64,000 bases of DNA, taken from positions 76,880,001 to 76,944,000 of the forward strand of contig CM126207.1 of assembly GCA_052327205.1 (NCBI GenBank). Direction: 5' to 3'. The stretch comes from Somniosus microcephalus (taxonomy: Eukaryota). The notes below the pieces were generated by a model. That model saw only the letters and a program-made list of their open reading frames with translations. It was not told the origin of the DNA and ran no database searches. The translations under genes and the position numbers were made by a program. This document shows positions 12,552 to 24,679 of the stretch, piece after piece. The stretch's first letter is position 1. Every line of letters begins with the position of its first letter.

Positions 12552-14016
12552 ATGTTCTATGTCACCGACACTGAAGGGCCAGCGATCCTGGGATTAAACA
12601 GCTGCGAGAAGTTGAGATTGACCTCAGCGCATCACGAGCTGACGGAAACGTCACTGAAGAGAGACAGCAACACCCCACTGGAGAACCGCCCACAAATCAA
12701 GAGTATAAAAGACTTGATAGGCATGTATCCGGAATGTTTCGATGATACAGTGGGATGTTTCGGAGATTTCCAATACCACATCACCATCGATCCAGAGGTA
12801 AAGCCCGTTATCCATGCTCCACAAAAAGTACCCATCGAGCCGAAGACAAAGCTTGAAAGAGAGCTAAAGGAGATGGAAGAAAAGGGAGTGACCGTAAAGG
12901 TCACTGAACCCACAGACTGGGTAAACTCAATTGTGGTACGAGAAAAGCCAAACGGGCGTCTCAGAATATGTTTGGACCCCAAAGATCTAAACCAGGCAAT
13001 AAAGAGGGACCACTATCCCACCCCAACGCTAGAGGAGATTACGCTATCACTGGCAGGAGCCAAGGTTTTCTCAAAACTAGATGCCAGAAATGGATATTGG
13101 AACGTGAAGTTGGATGAGGAATCAACAACACTGACAACATTCAACACACCATTTGGGCGTTACAAATTCCTGAGGCTACCATTCGGGTTAAAGGTCAGTC
13201 AAGATATCTTTCAACAGAAAGTAGACGAGACATACAGAGGCTGTGAAGGAGCTATAGGAATAGCTGATGATATTCAGATCTATGGAGCAGATGAAAGAGA
13301 CCATGACATGCACCTACATGAGGCCATGGAGCGCACCAGGAAGGCTGGCATCAAGTTAAATGCAAATAAGTGCATAGTTAAAGTCAAGGAATGCCAATTC
13401 TTCGGTATGATTTATACACCAGAGGGAGTCAAGCCAAGTCCAGAGAAGATTGCGGCAATTGCTGAAATGAAACCACCCAAAGATAAGAAAGAGCTGAGGA
13501 GTTACCTCGGCTTGGTCCAATACATGAGTTCTTTCATCCCACACATGTCGGAACATACAACAAATCTCAGAGAGCTATTGAAAGAAGACGCCGAATACCA
13601 ATGGTCTGAATCACACAAAAGGAATTTCAAACAACTTCAAGAACTGTTGTGCAAAGAAACAAGTCTGTCATATTATGACAGAAGAAAACCAGTCACTCTG
13701 CAAGTAGACGCTTCTAGCAGAGGACTAGGGGCAGCTCTGGTGCAGGAAGGAAAGCCGATAGCTTTCGCATCAAAGGCCTTGACGTCAGCCGAGACGAGAT
13801 ACGCCAACATAGAAAGAGAACTATTAGCAGTAGTGTATGGATGCGAGAAATTCCATACATACCTATATGGCAGGCGATTTACAATAGAGAGTGACCATCA
13901 TCCACTAGAACAGATCTATAAGAAGAATCTGTGCAAAGCGCCTGCAAGACTGCAAAGGCTACTTCTAAGACTCCAAAGCTATGAATTCACGCTTAAATAT
14001 AAGCCAGGAAAGGAAA
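12552..14016 (+). CDS. pol: Gypsy Pol (RT and RNase H), truncated by assembly gap
   Basis: LRICLDPKDLN, FSKLDARNGYW, RLPFG, IADDI, LQVDAS, YANIERELLA, ESDH. Confidence 0.9.
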
Positions 14017-14516
14017 NNNNNNNNNNNNNNNNNNNNNNNNNNNNNNNNNNNNNNNNNNNNNNNNNNNNNNNNNNNNNNNNNNNNNNNNNNNNNNNNNNNN
14101 NNNNNNNNNNNNNNNNNNNNNNNNNNNNNNNNNNNNNNNNNNNNNNNNNNNNNNNNNNNNNNNNNNNNNNNNNNNNNNNNNNNNNNNNNNNNNNNNNNNN
14201 NNNNNNNNNNNNNNNNNNNNNNNNNNNNNNNNNNNNNNNNNNNNNNNNNNNNNNNNNNNNNNNNNNNNNNNNNNNNNNNNNNNNNNNNNNNNNNNNNNNN
14301 NNNNNNNNNNNNNNNNNNNNNNNNNNNNNNNNNNNNNNNNNNNNNNNNNNNNNNNNNNNNNNNNNNNNNNNNNNNNNNNNNNNNNNNNNNNNNNNNNNNN
14401 NNNNNNNNNNNNNNNNNNNNNNNNNNNNNNNNNNNNNNNNNNNNNNNNNNNNNNNNNNNNNNNNNNNNNNNNNNNNNNNNNNNNNNNNNNNNNNNNNNNN
14501 NNNNNNNNNNNNNNNN
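14017..14516. other. Assembly gap (500 N)
   Basis: Run of N. Confidence 1.
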
Positions 14517-14614
14517 AGAGCGCGAGCGGGCGGGGAGTGAGAGAGCGCGAGCGGGGGGGGAGAGAGAGTGCGAGCGGGGGGGAGAGAGCGCGTGAGCGGG
14601 GGGGGGAGAGAGCC

Positions 14615-14912
14615 TTTCTCCTCTCCCCCCCCCTCTCTCTCCCCCCTCTCTCCACCCCCTCTCTCCTCTCCCCCCCTCTCCTCTCCCCCCCTCTGCTCTC
14701 CCCCCCCTCTCTCTCTCTCCTCCCCCCCTCTCTCCACCCCCCTCTCTCCCCCCTCTCTCCCCCTCTCTCCTCCCCCCCTCTCTCCCCCCTCTCTCCTCTC
14801 CCTCCCCCCTCTCTCCCCCCCTCCCTCCCCCCTCTCCTCTCCCTCCCTCCCCCCCTCTCTCCTCTCCCTCCCTCCCCCCCTCTCCTCTCCCTCCCTCCCC
14901 CCCTCCCTCTCC
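14615..14912. repeat. C/T low-complexity tract
   Basis: Polypyrimidine (CCCCT/CTCT) run, G-rich on the minus strand. Confidence 0.9.
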
Positions 14913-15469
14913 GCGGATCAGCGCCTCAGGGCCGGCCGATGCGCGGGCTAGCGCGTGGAGTCCCGGCCGGACTCACCTTAGCTGCGGTCCGGGCCGACAT
15001 TGACGCGCACGCGCTGACTCCCGCCCTCCCGAGCTGGTTTCAAGACGGCCGGCAGGCCCGGTTGCCGGGGTAACCCTTCCCGCTCTCCAAGCCCCGCCCG
15101 AGATCCGCACTCCCGAGAGCCCCACCCCCCCGCCCGAGCCGAGCGGGAAACAGAGAGAGACGCCGCGTCCTGCTTATGTCCCGTGACCCTCGTGGCTGAC
15201 GCCGTTGCCCCGGGTAACGTGACGACGGGGGGTGGGGGGGGAGCTTAGCAGAAGCCGTGGGACAATTACCTAGCTCGGGCGTGGCTGGGCAGGAAAGGCC
15301 CAGGCTTTGAGGCCTAGGTTATGAGGCCTTACAAAAACGGGGAAAGGTAGGAAAAAGAATCTTCAGGTTTACAAATGAATTAAGTTTTTTTTAAAACAAT
15401 TTAATAAAAACAATTTTTTTTTGCTGGAAATGTAGGTTTGAAAAGAAAAACGCAGAAAGCGGGAAAAGA

Positions 15470-15830
15470 ATGGAATCAAGATGGCTGACACTCACCTCGG
15501 TTCAGAATGATAAGGCCCGCCCACACACGCACCGATTGGTCAACCGTCAGGTCACCGAAGCGTAGGATTGGTCAATCGTCCCGTCACTCGACCGTAGGAG
15601 GGCCCGGCCGCACGCGCCAGGAACCCGCCGTATGATTGGTCGACCTCGATGTCACTCTATCACTAATGAGATGCTAATGAGCGGAATGTTGAACGTTTTT
15701 TGGATACCGTGGGCGCGATTTTTGTCCGGCCGAAACGTAAATACACCTATGGCCGGTCCGTAATCGTAAGCTTTCTTTTGACGTGACGTGCGTGTAGGTA
15801 CGCTCTATAACTTTCGAACGTATAGAGAAC
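15470..15830 (-). promoter_or_regulatory. Promoter-like cluster (CCAAT boxes, GC box, YY1-like motif)
   Basis: GATTGGTC three times (~15534, ~15566, ~15634), GGCCCGCCC, AAGATGGC, high CpG. Confidence 0.4.
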
Positions 15831-15979
15831 GGACAGACAGACAGACAGACAGACAGACAGAAGAGGTCTTATATAGATATAGATAAGAACACAAGGAGAC
15901 ACAACACTGTCAATCATTGCGATTTTGACAGCAGTCCTGCCTCCAAACCCACACTCTGAGCGCAGGCAAAATTCCGGCA

Positions 15980-17815
15980 TTAGTGTCTGTCTTTTGTGTG
16001 CCTTTGCCTATCCTAGTGCTCCTAAGCAGTGCTGCCCCAGTGACTGCAGCATGGCTGGGGGAAGGCTGCTGACTTTCAGTCAGGAACACTGCAGATGGCC
16101 TTGCAGGATGACCTCGAGCAGCTCTGGGCCTAAAAGGCCCAGCTATAGACTGCACCACCTCGTCATGGGCGACAGCAGTCTGGGCTGACTGGTTGACAGG
16201 CAACTGCAATGGCACTGGCAGAGTGACAGTGGTGGAAGTACGAATGCTGTCATCCTGAGAGAGGACAGCAGGTTCCTGCTCCATGGAGCTACTGCCACTC
16301 CCCTGGGGTGGTGCCTCAGCATTCCTAGCCATCTATTGGAGGACAGATTGCTGGACTGCTGTGAGACCCCCCAAGCCCCTTTCCACACTCATAAACCCAG
16401 CCATGATGGCAGCAGTCTGAGTTTGCATGGCAGTAAGCTGAGCTTGCATGAGAGCAGTCTGAGCTTCCACTGCAGCACTCAGACATTGGATCGATTCTGC
16501 TTGTGCTGCATTGGAAGTTGCGACATCGCCCATCACATCCAGCATCATGGTTGGGTCCACAAGTGTTCTAATGGAGTTGCCCATCACTTTCATCCTGGAA
16601 ATCATGAGCTCCAAGCCCTGTGCAATGTTGGAGCCGGACTCCTCCATGCTTCTTGACAGTGACAAGAGACTCTCTGGCAGGCCTACCATTGCACCAAGCA
16701 TTTCTGTGTGCATGCCGGTCACCCTTCTTCTGAAGACTGCCCATCGAAGTGCTCATCTGAGCCCTGTTCAGCATAACTCGTGTGCGGCCTCACCTTCCAG
16801 GAAGCTGGCACCTGTGCTACCCTTTCCCCCTGGCCTGGCTGCAGCCCACTCGTGCCCAGTGACTCACCACGTGAAGATCCCACTGCTATCCTAACCTCTA
16901 AAGTTCATGCTGTGCCATTTTCAGAGCTGGTGCTTGTGAGTATCAAATCAAGTGATGGTGCCTCTTCTTCTCCATCACTCTCATCCTCTACCTCTTCCTG
17001 CACAGGCTGGGCTGGTGGCAGTTCTAGTGTATCTTGAATGAGAAGGGTCAAGCTGTGGTGAGGGGAGAGGGGGGGAAAGCAAGATGTGCATGCTTACACC
17101 ATCCATCAGCAGCTTGTAAGTGAGAAGAGATTGTGGGATGAGGGGGAAGTGGGATATGAGAAGAAGGATTGGTATGAGCATACTGTCATCATCGATGCTT
17201 TCAGCCTCGCCAATCACCATGGCCTCAGTGACAGCCCCTCCAATGATCTCCAGCACAGTCTCCTACAGCTGAGTTGGGCTCTGCAGCCGTGCTTGCCCCT
17301 GTCATTTTGCTTCTGCTCACACCAGGTAGAGCCACATTGGCCTGCAAGAGAAAGGGAAGTGTGTCAGTGAGTGTGGTGCAATGTGTTTGGGTGATTTGCC
17401 TGTCATGGTTGAATAGCTGGAATTGTGTGCAAGTTGTGAGATGTGGGTGTGAGGCTTGCAGCAGTGGTAAGTGTATGAGGATGAGGTGAAGCTATGATTG
17501 TGAGGTATGAGTCATTATTGCTAGAGATAGTTGGTCGTTGAGTGATGGGGTGTGGTGCATTGAGCAGTGTGTAAGGTTAGTGGTGCAGATGGTGGGATAT
17601 GGCATTTGAAGATGAATTCATTCACTTGACCACTTGTGTGAAGTTATTAAACTTCTTCCATTTGCACTGGACCCATGTCCTGGGGGAAAGACTGGTGGCA
17701 CAGATTGCTTCAGCGACTTCTTCCCACTGCCTTCGAACAGTGTGTCTGGAAGGCCTCCTGCCCCACTGCAGGTAGAAGACCTCTCTCCTCCTGGTCCCCT
17801 GCACCAAGGCCTCCG
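15980..17815 (-). pseudogene. Harbinger Myb/SANT-like gene, spliced, degraded
   Basis: ORF 17622-17807 RQWEEVAEAI...RTWVQC..KKFNN; downstream exons with typical low-complexity C-terminus. Confidence 0.72.
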
Positions 17816-17960
17816 TGCTGACTACTCTTTATTATATTTTCAGTTTCTAAGTGTTTTTCTATTACAACTTTGAGTAAGGATTCCATTACCTTTCCTACCA
17901 CTGACTTTAAGCTAATTGGTCTATAGTTTCCTGGATCTGTTCTATCTCCCTTTTTAAATG
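17816..17960 (-). mobile_element. Short CR1 RT fragment
   Basis: FKKGDRTDPGNYRPISLKSVVGKVMES. Confidence 0.75.
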
Positions 17961-20900
17961 TAGTTTTAAGGCATGTGATATTAAGCCATGCATTGGTATC
18001 TGGGCATTGCCATGGATCCAACTATTAGACTGTAGTCAGTACAACACTACTCCACTGTTGAGCTACCTATTTTAAAGTAGATTAGTGGTTTTGCTTCATG
18101 CTACAGTCATAAGAGCAGATTGTCATGTCTGATGCTCTGCATAAATGAACTCCTATGCAGTTCCTTGTCTTTAAGTGGCTACATCCCTTGAAATTGCACT
18201 GACACCGCAATTTTTCGGTTCCCTATAATAAGCCTAAGTTGCATTTGGTGCTGTGAATGATTATGTAATGGATGTAACCTATGAAAATTGCATACTATTA
18301 GCACACTACCACATTAAAAAAATTTGCACCAGTTCTTAATCACTCTGAAGTGAATTTGATAGGGCACAAAAATCTAACCCATAATGTTAGTGCAGCCTAA
18401 ATGTGGAGTTATGTGAAACTACTTTGCACTAAAGCTAGAGTTATAAATCTCCCGATCTCTTTAAGGAGCTGATAATGCAGTTATGGCACAAATGAGCTAA
18501 ACCATGTCCAGTACTAAAAGGTCAGCTCAATTAAATACTTTTCTGGCACTCCCCCTGCTTAGTTTATGACACACTGGAAGTGATGGCGATAGGTTGTGGG
18601 GGTGGATGGGAATATTTGGTGCCAGCAATCTCCTAAGGGCTGCTGGCAGCATGTGGAGTGCTGGCAATTTTTCTTCAGCAGAGGGGGCGAAGGGCAGCAA
18701 GCACATAGAACGTCAATTTCAATACCCGTTCGAAATGGTTGCTATGCAACTGGCGTGGAACCTAGGCACACTAGACACTTTGTGGGGAGACCCCTCTAAG
18801 TGCAGCCTTAATGAACCTTCTGCACAGTGATACAGCCCCTGTCGCAATAAGGAAAATAAGCAACAACAAAAAAAGTAAGATTTAAAAATGATATCTGTAA
18901 GAAACCTACTCGTATAGGCCAGGCCATCACACACTGGTGCACCCATTTTAAATGGTGAACAAGCAGTGAGAAAACCACAAGATCCAGTGTGGAAATGGAA
19001 TTTCTGTGTATGAAACTTGTGCTGGTAGCCAGAGCAGCCTCAATATTCCTGCCATTTTCTTTTGCCACAAAATGCAATCCGAGAGCTTGTGTGCCCAATT
19101 TCACGACACAGTCATGCCCTCAGAGGCTTCATGACGCCATCGGGACTTAGAGTATGTAATTACATATGCATCCAGAAGAGACATCTTAGTCCTGGAGGCG
19201 AGACTATCATTAATTTGGTAACTATTAGCTGGACTCTTGGTGATAAATAAAGATGTTGATCTTGTAAATTTCTTTCCAATTTTATTCAATCTAGTGCCAG
19301 ACAAATATTACTCTCCCTCAATGACGAGCATCCACTTGACCTTCTAATGCAAGTACTGTGAAACACACTGACTCATATCTCCTATGTCCTCCAACCCATC
19401 AAAATAGTCCTGTCACACCAACTCACATCTGTTTGAGTCTCTGATTGAACCATGTTCACATAAGTTAACAGACTAACATTGCCCTGCTGTTCACAGTAAA
19501 GCTGGCCTAACAACACCTATTCCCAGAATCACAATTTTCTCTACTCACCATCTTGCATTTTCTCTGGTTCATGGTGAATATATATACACCCTGACCACTT
19601 GCATTTAAATCCGGCAGCTGCCATACTGACATTAGAGTAACAACAGAAAATATGGAATGGAAAAAGCTACTTAGACCATCAAAGCCATTCCTACTGCAGA
19701 TTGTGAACAATGTTTATTCCCCCAGGCTCCTTTCAAATGAATTCGTCTTCTCAAAGAGGTGATAGCCACAAGACAATCTTCTAAGAAGATAAAACTTCTT
19801 TGAATACCCTTAGGGACTCCCAAAATAATTGAGGAAAAATTCCAAAACATCAATCTAATTCTGTAATCTACATTATTCAACTCCAAACATTTACATTTCA
19901 TAAGTGACACTACCATAATCTATCAAGATTGGAATCATAATATTCCATTGTGGTATATTTATCATAAATTTCAATACTATTCTTACCTAGATATTCATCC
20001 AGTTCTTTTTCAATGTAGCATTACAGGGCTCGAGATGCACTGCACCTATGAGGCTGGACTGTTGGTGAATGTCCTTGCCTGGGCTGTTTACATGATGCAG
20101 AGGCACTCCTAATGCAGGTCTACATCCTACAGGAATGTAGCTGCAGACTCCTGGCCACTGGCACCAGACCTTCTGGCTGCTGTTGGGGCCTTCTGGCTGC
20201 TTCTCTCCAACACCAAAGATCGTCCTGGGAGAAGTACTTCCAAAAAATCAAATGATAACGCGCCTCAATGAATCTTCCGGCTGCCCCTGCCACCCACACA
20301 GACCCTACGATCCACAACAGGTCTCCATATCCATTTGATCTCCAGGTGCAAAGAAGGTGGAAATCGCCCCGAATTGCTTTTGAAAGGAGTCTAGTTTCAT
20401 ATGTCTGCTACATTAACGTATTGTTGCTCTCCTCAGCCCCCTGCAATGCCTTCATGTCTTTCAAAGTATAAGGCATACCAATCGCATTCAATATTCCAAA
20501 TGTAGCCATACCAATAAGTTAGCATAACTTGCTTTGACGTAATTAAATGTCCTTGAGATATATCCTAGTCTTTGATTTGTCTTGTTCATATTAGTCTCAC
20601 ATCGATTAGATCATAAATTGCATACCCCAGTCATCAACTCAGCATCCTGTTGGTGCCCCTGTTTTGTTTGTTTGTATTATGTGGTTTTCAAGTTCCCTGA
20701 AATTAAATTTAAAACAATTGATACCTCACCCTAATAGTGACAGTAACTGGGTTCTATAAACATCAATAGTGACAGTAACTAGGTAATCTAAATCAAATGC
20801 ACAACTCAGTTGTAATGTTTATTAAAAAATCACATTGTAAGTGGTTTGAATCAGAACTTGGCAGTTTTGTGGTTCAACGCCACATTGTGGCCTATTTTCA

Positions 20901-22141
20901 CAAGACCATCTAGTAATTTTGTGTATCTTCGGTAGGTATGTGAATATACATAAATGTACGGACTTGCCATGGATAAACAGTACACACATCAATTGTAGCC
21001 TTGCCAATCTTAGTATATTTCCTGTATTATAGAGGATGTATAAATTGTGTCTTTTTTATACTACAACTGTTTTAGGACAATTTCTACTTTTCACATTACT
21101 TGCCAGGGTTATTCTTTAATAGTTTTCGGTAGTAACTACTTGCAAGTTTTATTTACTGTGAAGTAAAATGACCTATATCCATCATCTATCTCCTTGAAAA
21201 GGAAAACACCTTCAGGAATAAATCATTTTCATGGTGGAGCAGAGAAAAGTCAGTGTAATCTACATTGCTAATATTAGTTACTGTTGTTTAAAGTCTTGCA
21301 GTGATAAAATATACTTATCTTTCTCAAACACTCCTGATATTTATTAACGTATTACTATAAAAAGTAATTCATTGTTGTAAAAGGGTGCATTATAATGGGA
21401 TGTGTTGAGTCTGTGGTTTCAATTGCAGTTATACTGAATAACAGGACACAGACTACAGAAGTAAGTAAACAGGTCTTTAGTGATTGAGGGTCAGGGCTGA
21501 ACTGGGATACACTTTGCTCCGCAGGGTTTATATACCGGTGTGGTCACCACCGGTACTACAATGTACAGGAGCCATCAAAAAGTAGTCCATCACCTTAAGG
21601 TATCCTCTTAAGGTGGTACAGGTTACATACACTACAGTTCCTCCCCTTTTAGCTTAACAGTGTACACCCCAAATTAAACATTACATGGATAACATATATA
21701 CAATTTACACACAACTGTTCAAAGATTCAGACTCTGAGGAGGCCTCCTGATCCGGACCGGATAATGCCTTTCAGGGGTCTCTGGTTCTCGTTGCTGGGGT
21801 GACTCATCCACTTAATCTCCTATGGATTGAACATCATCAGGTACGTTCGAGTCTGAGGTAGATGCTACAGGTTCAATAAGTTCTTCAACTGGTGTCTCTG
21901 CCGTAGACATGGGGTCGACCCTTGTTCTTGATTCCACAAGTTGGTCAGCATGACGTCGTATTACGTTCTCTCCAACGTCTACCGTGTACATCAAGGGTCC
22001 TTGTCATGCATGAATTGTTCCAGGTTGCCATTTACCATCCCTATAGTCCCTGGCCAACACTGGTTGTCCTATTTCGAAACTACGAGTGGCCTTGTTATTT
22101 ACATGCTGGAATTGCTTGTTTTCGACTTCCCTTCGCACATT

Positions 22142-22839
22142 GGCCTAGAAATTCAGTTGGCGCCGCGCCAGGGCTTTAGCGCCGGAAATTTAGCGCCGGC
22201 GCTAAGTCCCCCTGCGCGCGCCAAAAATTCAGTAGCGCCGCGCCCAAACGGCTGCCGGCGCTACAGGAGGGTGTCAGCGCCTCGAAATGGGCGCTGACTG
22301 CCGCATTGCGGCGCAATTCCGGCGCTGCGGCACCCGATGCGGTGCGGCAGGCTGGGGAAGTGCAGGCCTCCTCCTTCAGTTAAGGAGGAGCTGCCTGCAC
22401 CCGCCCGCTGACCGTTGAAATCTTGAAAAAAATGAGCCCGGCACCTCGGAGAAGTGCCGGGCTCACAGGCCAGACGCATCTGTTCCGCGGGGGGGGGTGG
22501 AGGAGTCCGGGGAGGGAGGTGCGGGCAGGCGGCCGGCGGGAAAGCGGCCGGCCGCCGCGCGACCTTAATGCGCCGGCGCTAACTCGCGTAGGACTCTGCT
22601 GAAACATCGTTAGTTGCGGCTGCCACGGGCGAGGCGGCCGCAACTCAATTTCGGCGTTGGGGCCCGTCACCACGGCAACCGGGACGCTGCGCACACCGAT
22701 GACGTCATCGGTGCTGGCGCAGCGCAACCGGTCTAACGCCGATGGCAGGGCCCCACTGAATTTACAAACCGGCCATAACTCCGGCGCTAGGCCCTCTAGC
22801 GCCTCAAATGGGGCGCTAACCCTACTGAATTTTCAGCCC
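22142..22839. mobile_element. GC-rich Harbinger-type MITE
   Basis: GGCCTAGAAATTCAG / CTGAATTTTCAGCCC termini, TSD ATT; interrupts the integrase. Confidence 0.82.
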
Positions 22840-22990
22840 ATTGGGTTTTAACAAATCCAACCGGGACTGCAACCTTCTGTTATAGAACATTATGGCAGGG
22901 CTTTGATTTGTCACTGAATGCGTGGCGTTTCGATACGCCATCAGGAAATTGTCCACCTTGTGTTGTAGTGGAATATGGTCTTCACTCATG

Positions 22991-23794
22991 GGGCTAGATT
23001 TTCAGTTGCTTGCGCCAGCAGTTAGCGCCTTAAGAGAAGTAATTTTCGGGCGCTATGCGTGTAGCGCCCGGGCGCAGCGCAGTTTGCGCCCCGCCCCAAA
23101 TTAAGTTGCCTGTTAGCGCCGGCGCAAAGTTTAGCGGCCGCCCGGATGCGCACGCAGAAAATGACGTCACATCCTCGTGCAACGCCCTTTGGCCGCCCCG
23201 AATCCAAACTTCAGTCGGACCGCCCCATTGTGCGGCTGGCGTCCAGAGCGTTTGTAAAATGGAACGCAACACACCCTGGGGAGCGCAAATTAAAGGGCAC
23301 TCCTCCTGCACTATAAACGGCAGTCTGCATGTGTTGTGTGGAAGGATGCAGTGTGTGTTGTTCTGAATGGCGNNNNNNNNNNNNNNNNNNNNNNNNNNNN
23401 NNNNNNNNNNNNNNNNNNNNNNNNNNNNNNNNNNNNNNNNNNNNNNNNNNNNNNNNNNNNNNNNNNNNNNNNNNNNNNNNNNNNNNNNNNNNNNNNNNNN
23501 NNNNNNNNNNNNNNNNNNNNNNNNNTGAAAAAAAACACATGCACCCTTCCCCTTTAAGAGCTCACTGGCACCAGAGTGTCTGCTGTGCGCTGCGCCCGAA
23601 CTCGGGCGCTGCGCTCTGCACCGCCGGCTTAGCGCCTAAAGATAGTAGTGGAACGCCTCTTTTAGCGCTCCACCAACCTCTTAGGGCGAAGCCACTGAAT
23701 TTCCGGCAAAGGGGCGCTACTTTGGGGCGGGCGCTAACTTCAGGCGGGCGCTAAGGTTAGCGCCCCAAAACTGTCTATACTGAAAATCTAGCCC
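22991..23794. mobile_element. Harbinger-type MITE (contains N gap 23373-23524)
   Basis: Perfect TIR GGGCTAGATTTTCAGT / ACTGAAAATCTAGCCC, TSD ATG. Confidence 0.85.
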
Positions 23795-24328
23795 ATGGCC
23801 TTTATCACCTTTTTGAACGTTTGAACAAATCTCTCGGCCAACCCATCTGTAGCCGGATGATATGGGGCAGATGTATAGTGTTTCACCCCATTCTTTTTCA
23901 TGAATTTCTGGAATTCTTCTGACACGAACTATGGTCCGTTGTCTGAACATATTTGCTCCGGCAACCCATTCCTTGCAAATATGGTTCTTAGAACTGCGAT
24001 CGTCTTCTCAGGGGTAGTGGTCGATATCTTAATCACTTCTGGCCATTTAGAATGTGCATCTACTGCTATCAAAAACATGGAATCCATGAATGGACCTGCA
24101 AAGTCGATATGCACACGTTGCCATGGGGCTGAAGGCCATTCCCACGGATGCAGCGGTGCAATTGGAGGTGCATTTTGAACTTTTTGGCACCCTGAGCAGC
24201 TTTTAGTCAGATCCTCTATTTGTTTGTCGATACCTGGCCACCACACATAAGCCCTAGCAAGGCTTTTCATCTTGACTCCCCCCAGATGACCTTCATGCAA
24301 TTCTTTCAGAACTCTCTCTCTTAATTTC

Positions 24329-24679
24329 GGTGGCATAGTGGTTAGCACTGTTGCCTCACAGCGCCAGGGACCCGGCTTCGAATCCGGCCTCGGGCGACTG
24401 TCTGTGTGGAGTTTGCACATTCTCCCCGTGTTTGCGTGGGTTTCCTCCGGGTGCTCCGGTTTCCTCCCACAGTCCAAAGATGTGCGGGTTAGGTTGATTG
24501 GCTATCATAAATTGACCCTTAGTGTTAGGGGGATTAAATACGTGGGGTTACAGGGATAGGGTGGGATATATGTTGGTGTAGGGGTTACGGGGATCGGGTG
24601 GGATATGTGTCGGTGCAGGCTCGATGGGCCGAAATGGCCTCTATCTGCACTGTGGCGTTTCTGTGATTCTGTGATTCTG
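24329..24679 (+). mobile_element. tRNA-derived V-SINE (HE1-like)
   Basis: A box GGTGGCATAGTGG, B box-like TTCGAATCC, V-domain TGTGTGGAGTTTGCACATTCTCCCCGTG...TTTCCTCCCACAGTCCAAAGA, CR1-like tail (CTGTGATT)n. Confidence 0.88.

Larger units (their letters stand above)
14517..15883 (-). mobile_element. Probable Helitron 5' region inserted in the Gypsy 3' LTR
   Basis: Minus strand begins TCTATATCTATATAAG..(CTGT)n; the junction maps to an A|T step in the 5' LTR copy; CpG-rich body; other end in the gap. Confidence 0.5.
10946..15906 (+). mobile_element. Gypsy/Ty3 LTR retrotransposon (3' part lost in N gap)
   Basis: 5' LTR 10946-11202 (TG...CA); PBS TGGTGGCAGCGGT (tRNA-Leu-like); last 23 nt of LTR recur at 15884-15906; 5-bp TSD CTGTC at 10941-10945 and 15907-15911. 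Confidence 0.88.
10772..15979. mobile_element. Short Harbinger-type MITE (~240 bp of own sequence) split by a Gypsy insertion
   Basis: GGCCGCGATTTT / AAAATTCCGGC termini flanked by TTA (10769-10771, 15980-15982). Confidence 0.65.
8935..17815. mobile_element. PIF/Harbinger transposon (nuclease on +, Myb gene on -) with nested insertions; right end not seen
   Basis: TTA|GGCTGCAAAATT left end; convergent HARBI1-like and Myb-like genes; sequence rejoins across 10772-15979 (CATTCCC TTA GTGTCTG). Confidence 0.72.

Noticed and set aside
13979-15073. Pro-rich and Gly/Glu-rich ORFs, and ORFs through Ns
   Set aside because: Artefacts of the assembly gap and the C/T low-complexity tract.
18000-21400. 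Possible host exons or an old LINE remnant (e.g. 20030-20460)
   Set aside because: No recognisable protein motif or convincing splice-bounded ORF; left unassigned.
24329-24400. tRNA gene
   Set aside because: It is the tRNA-derived head of a V-SINE, followed by the V-domain and a LINE-like tail.
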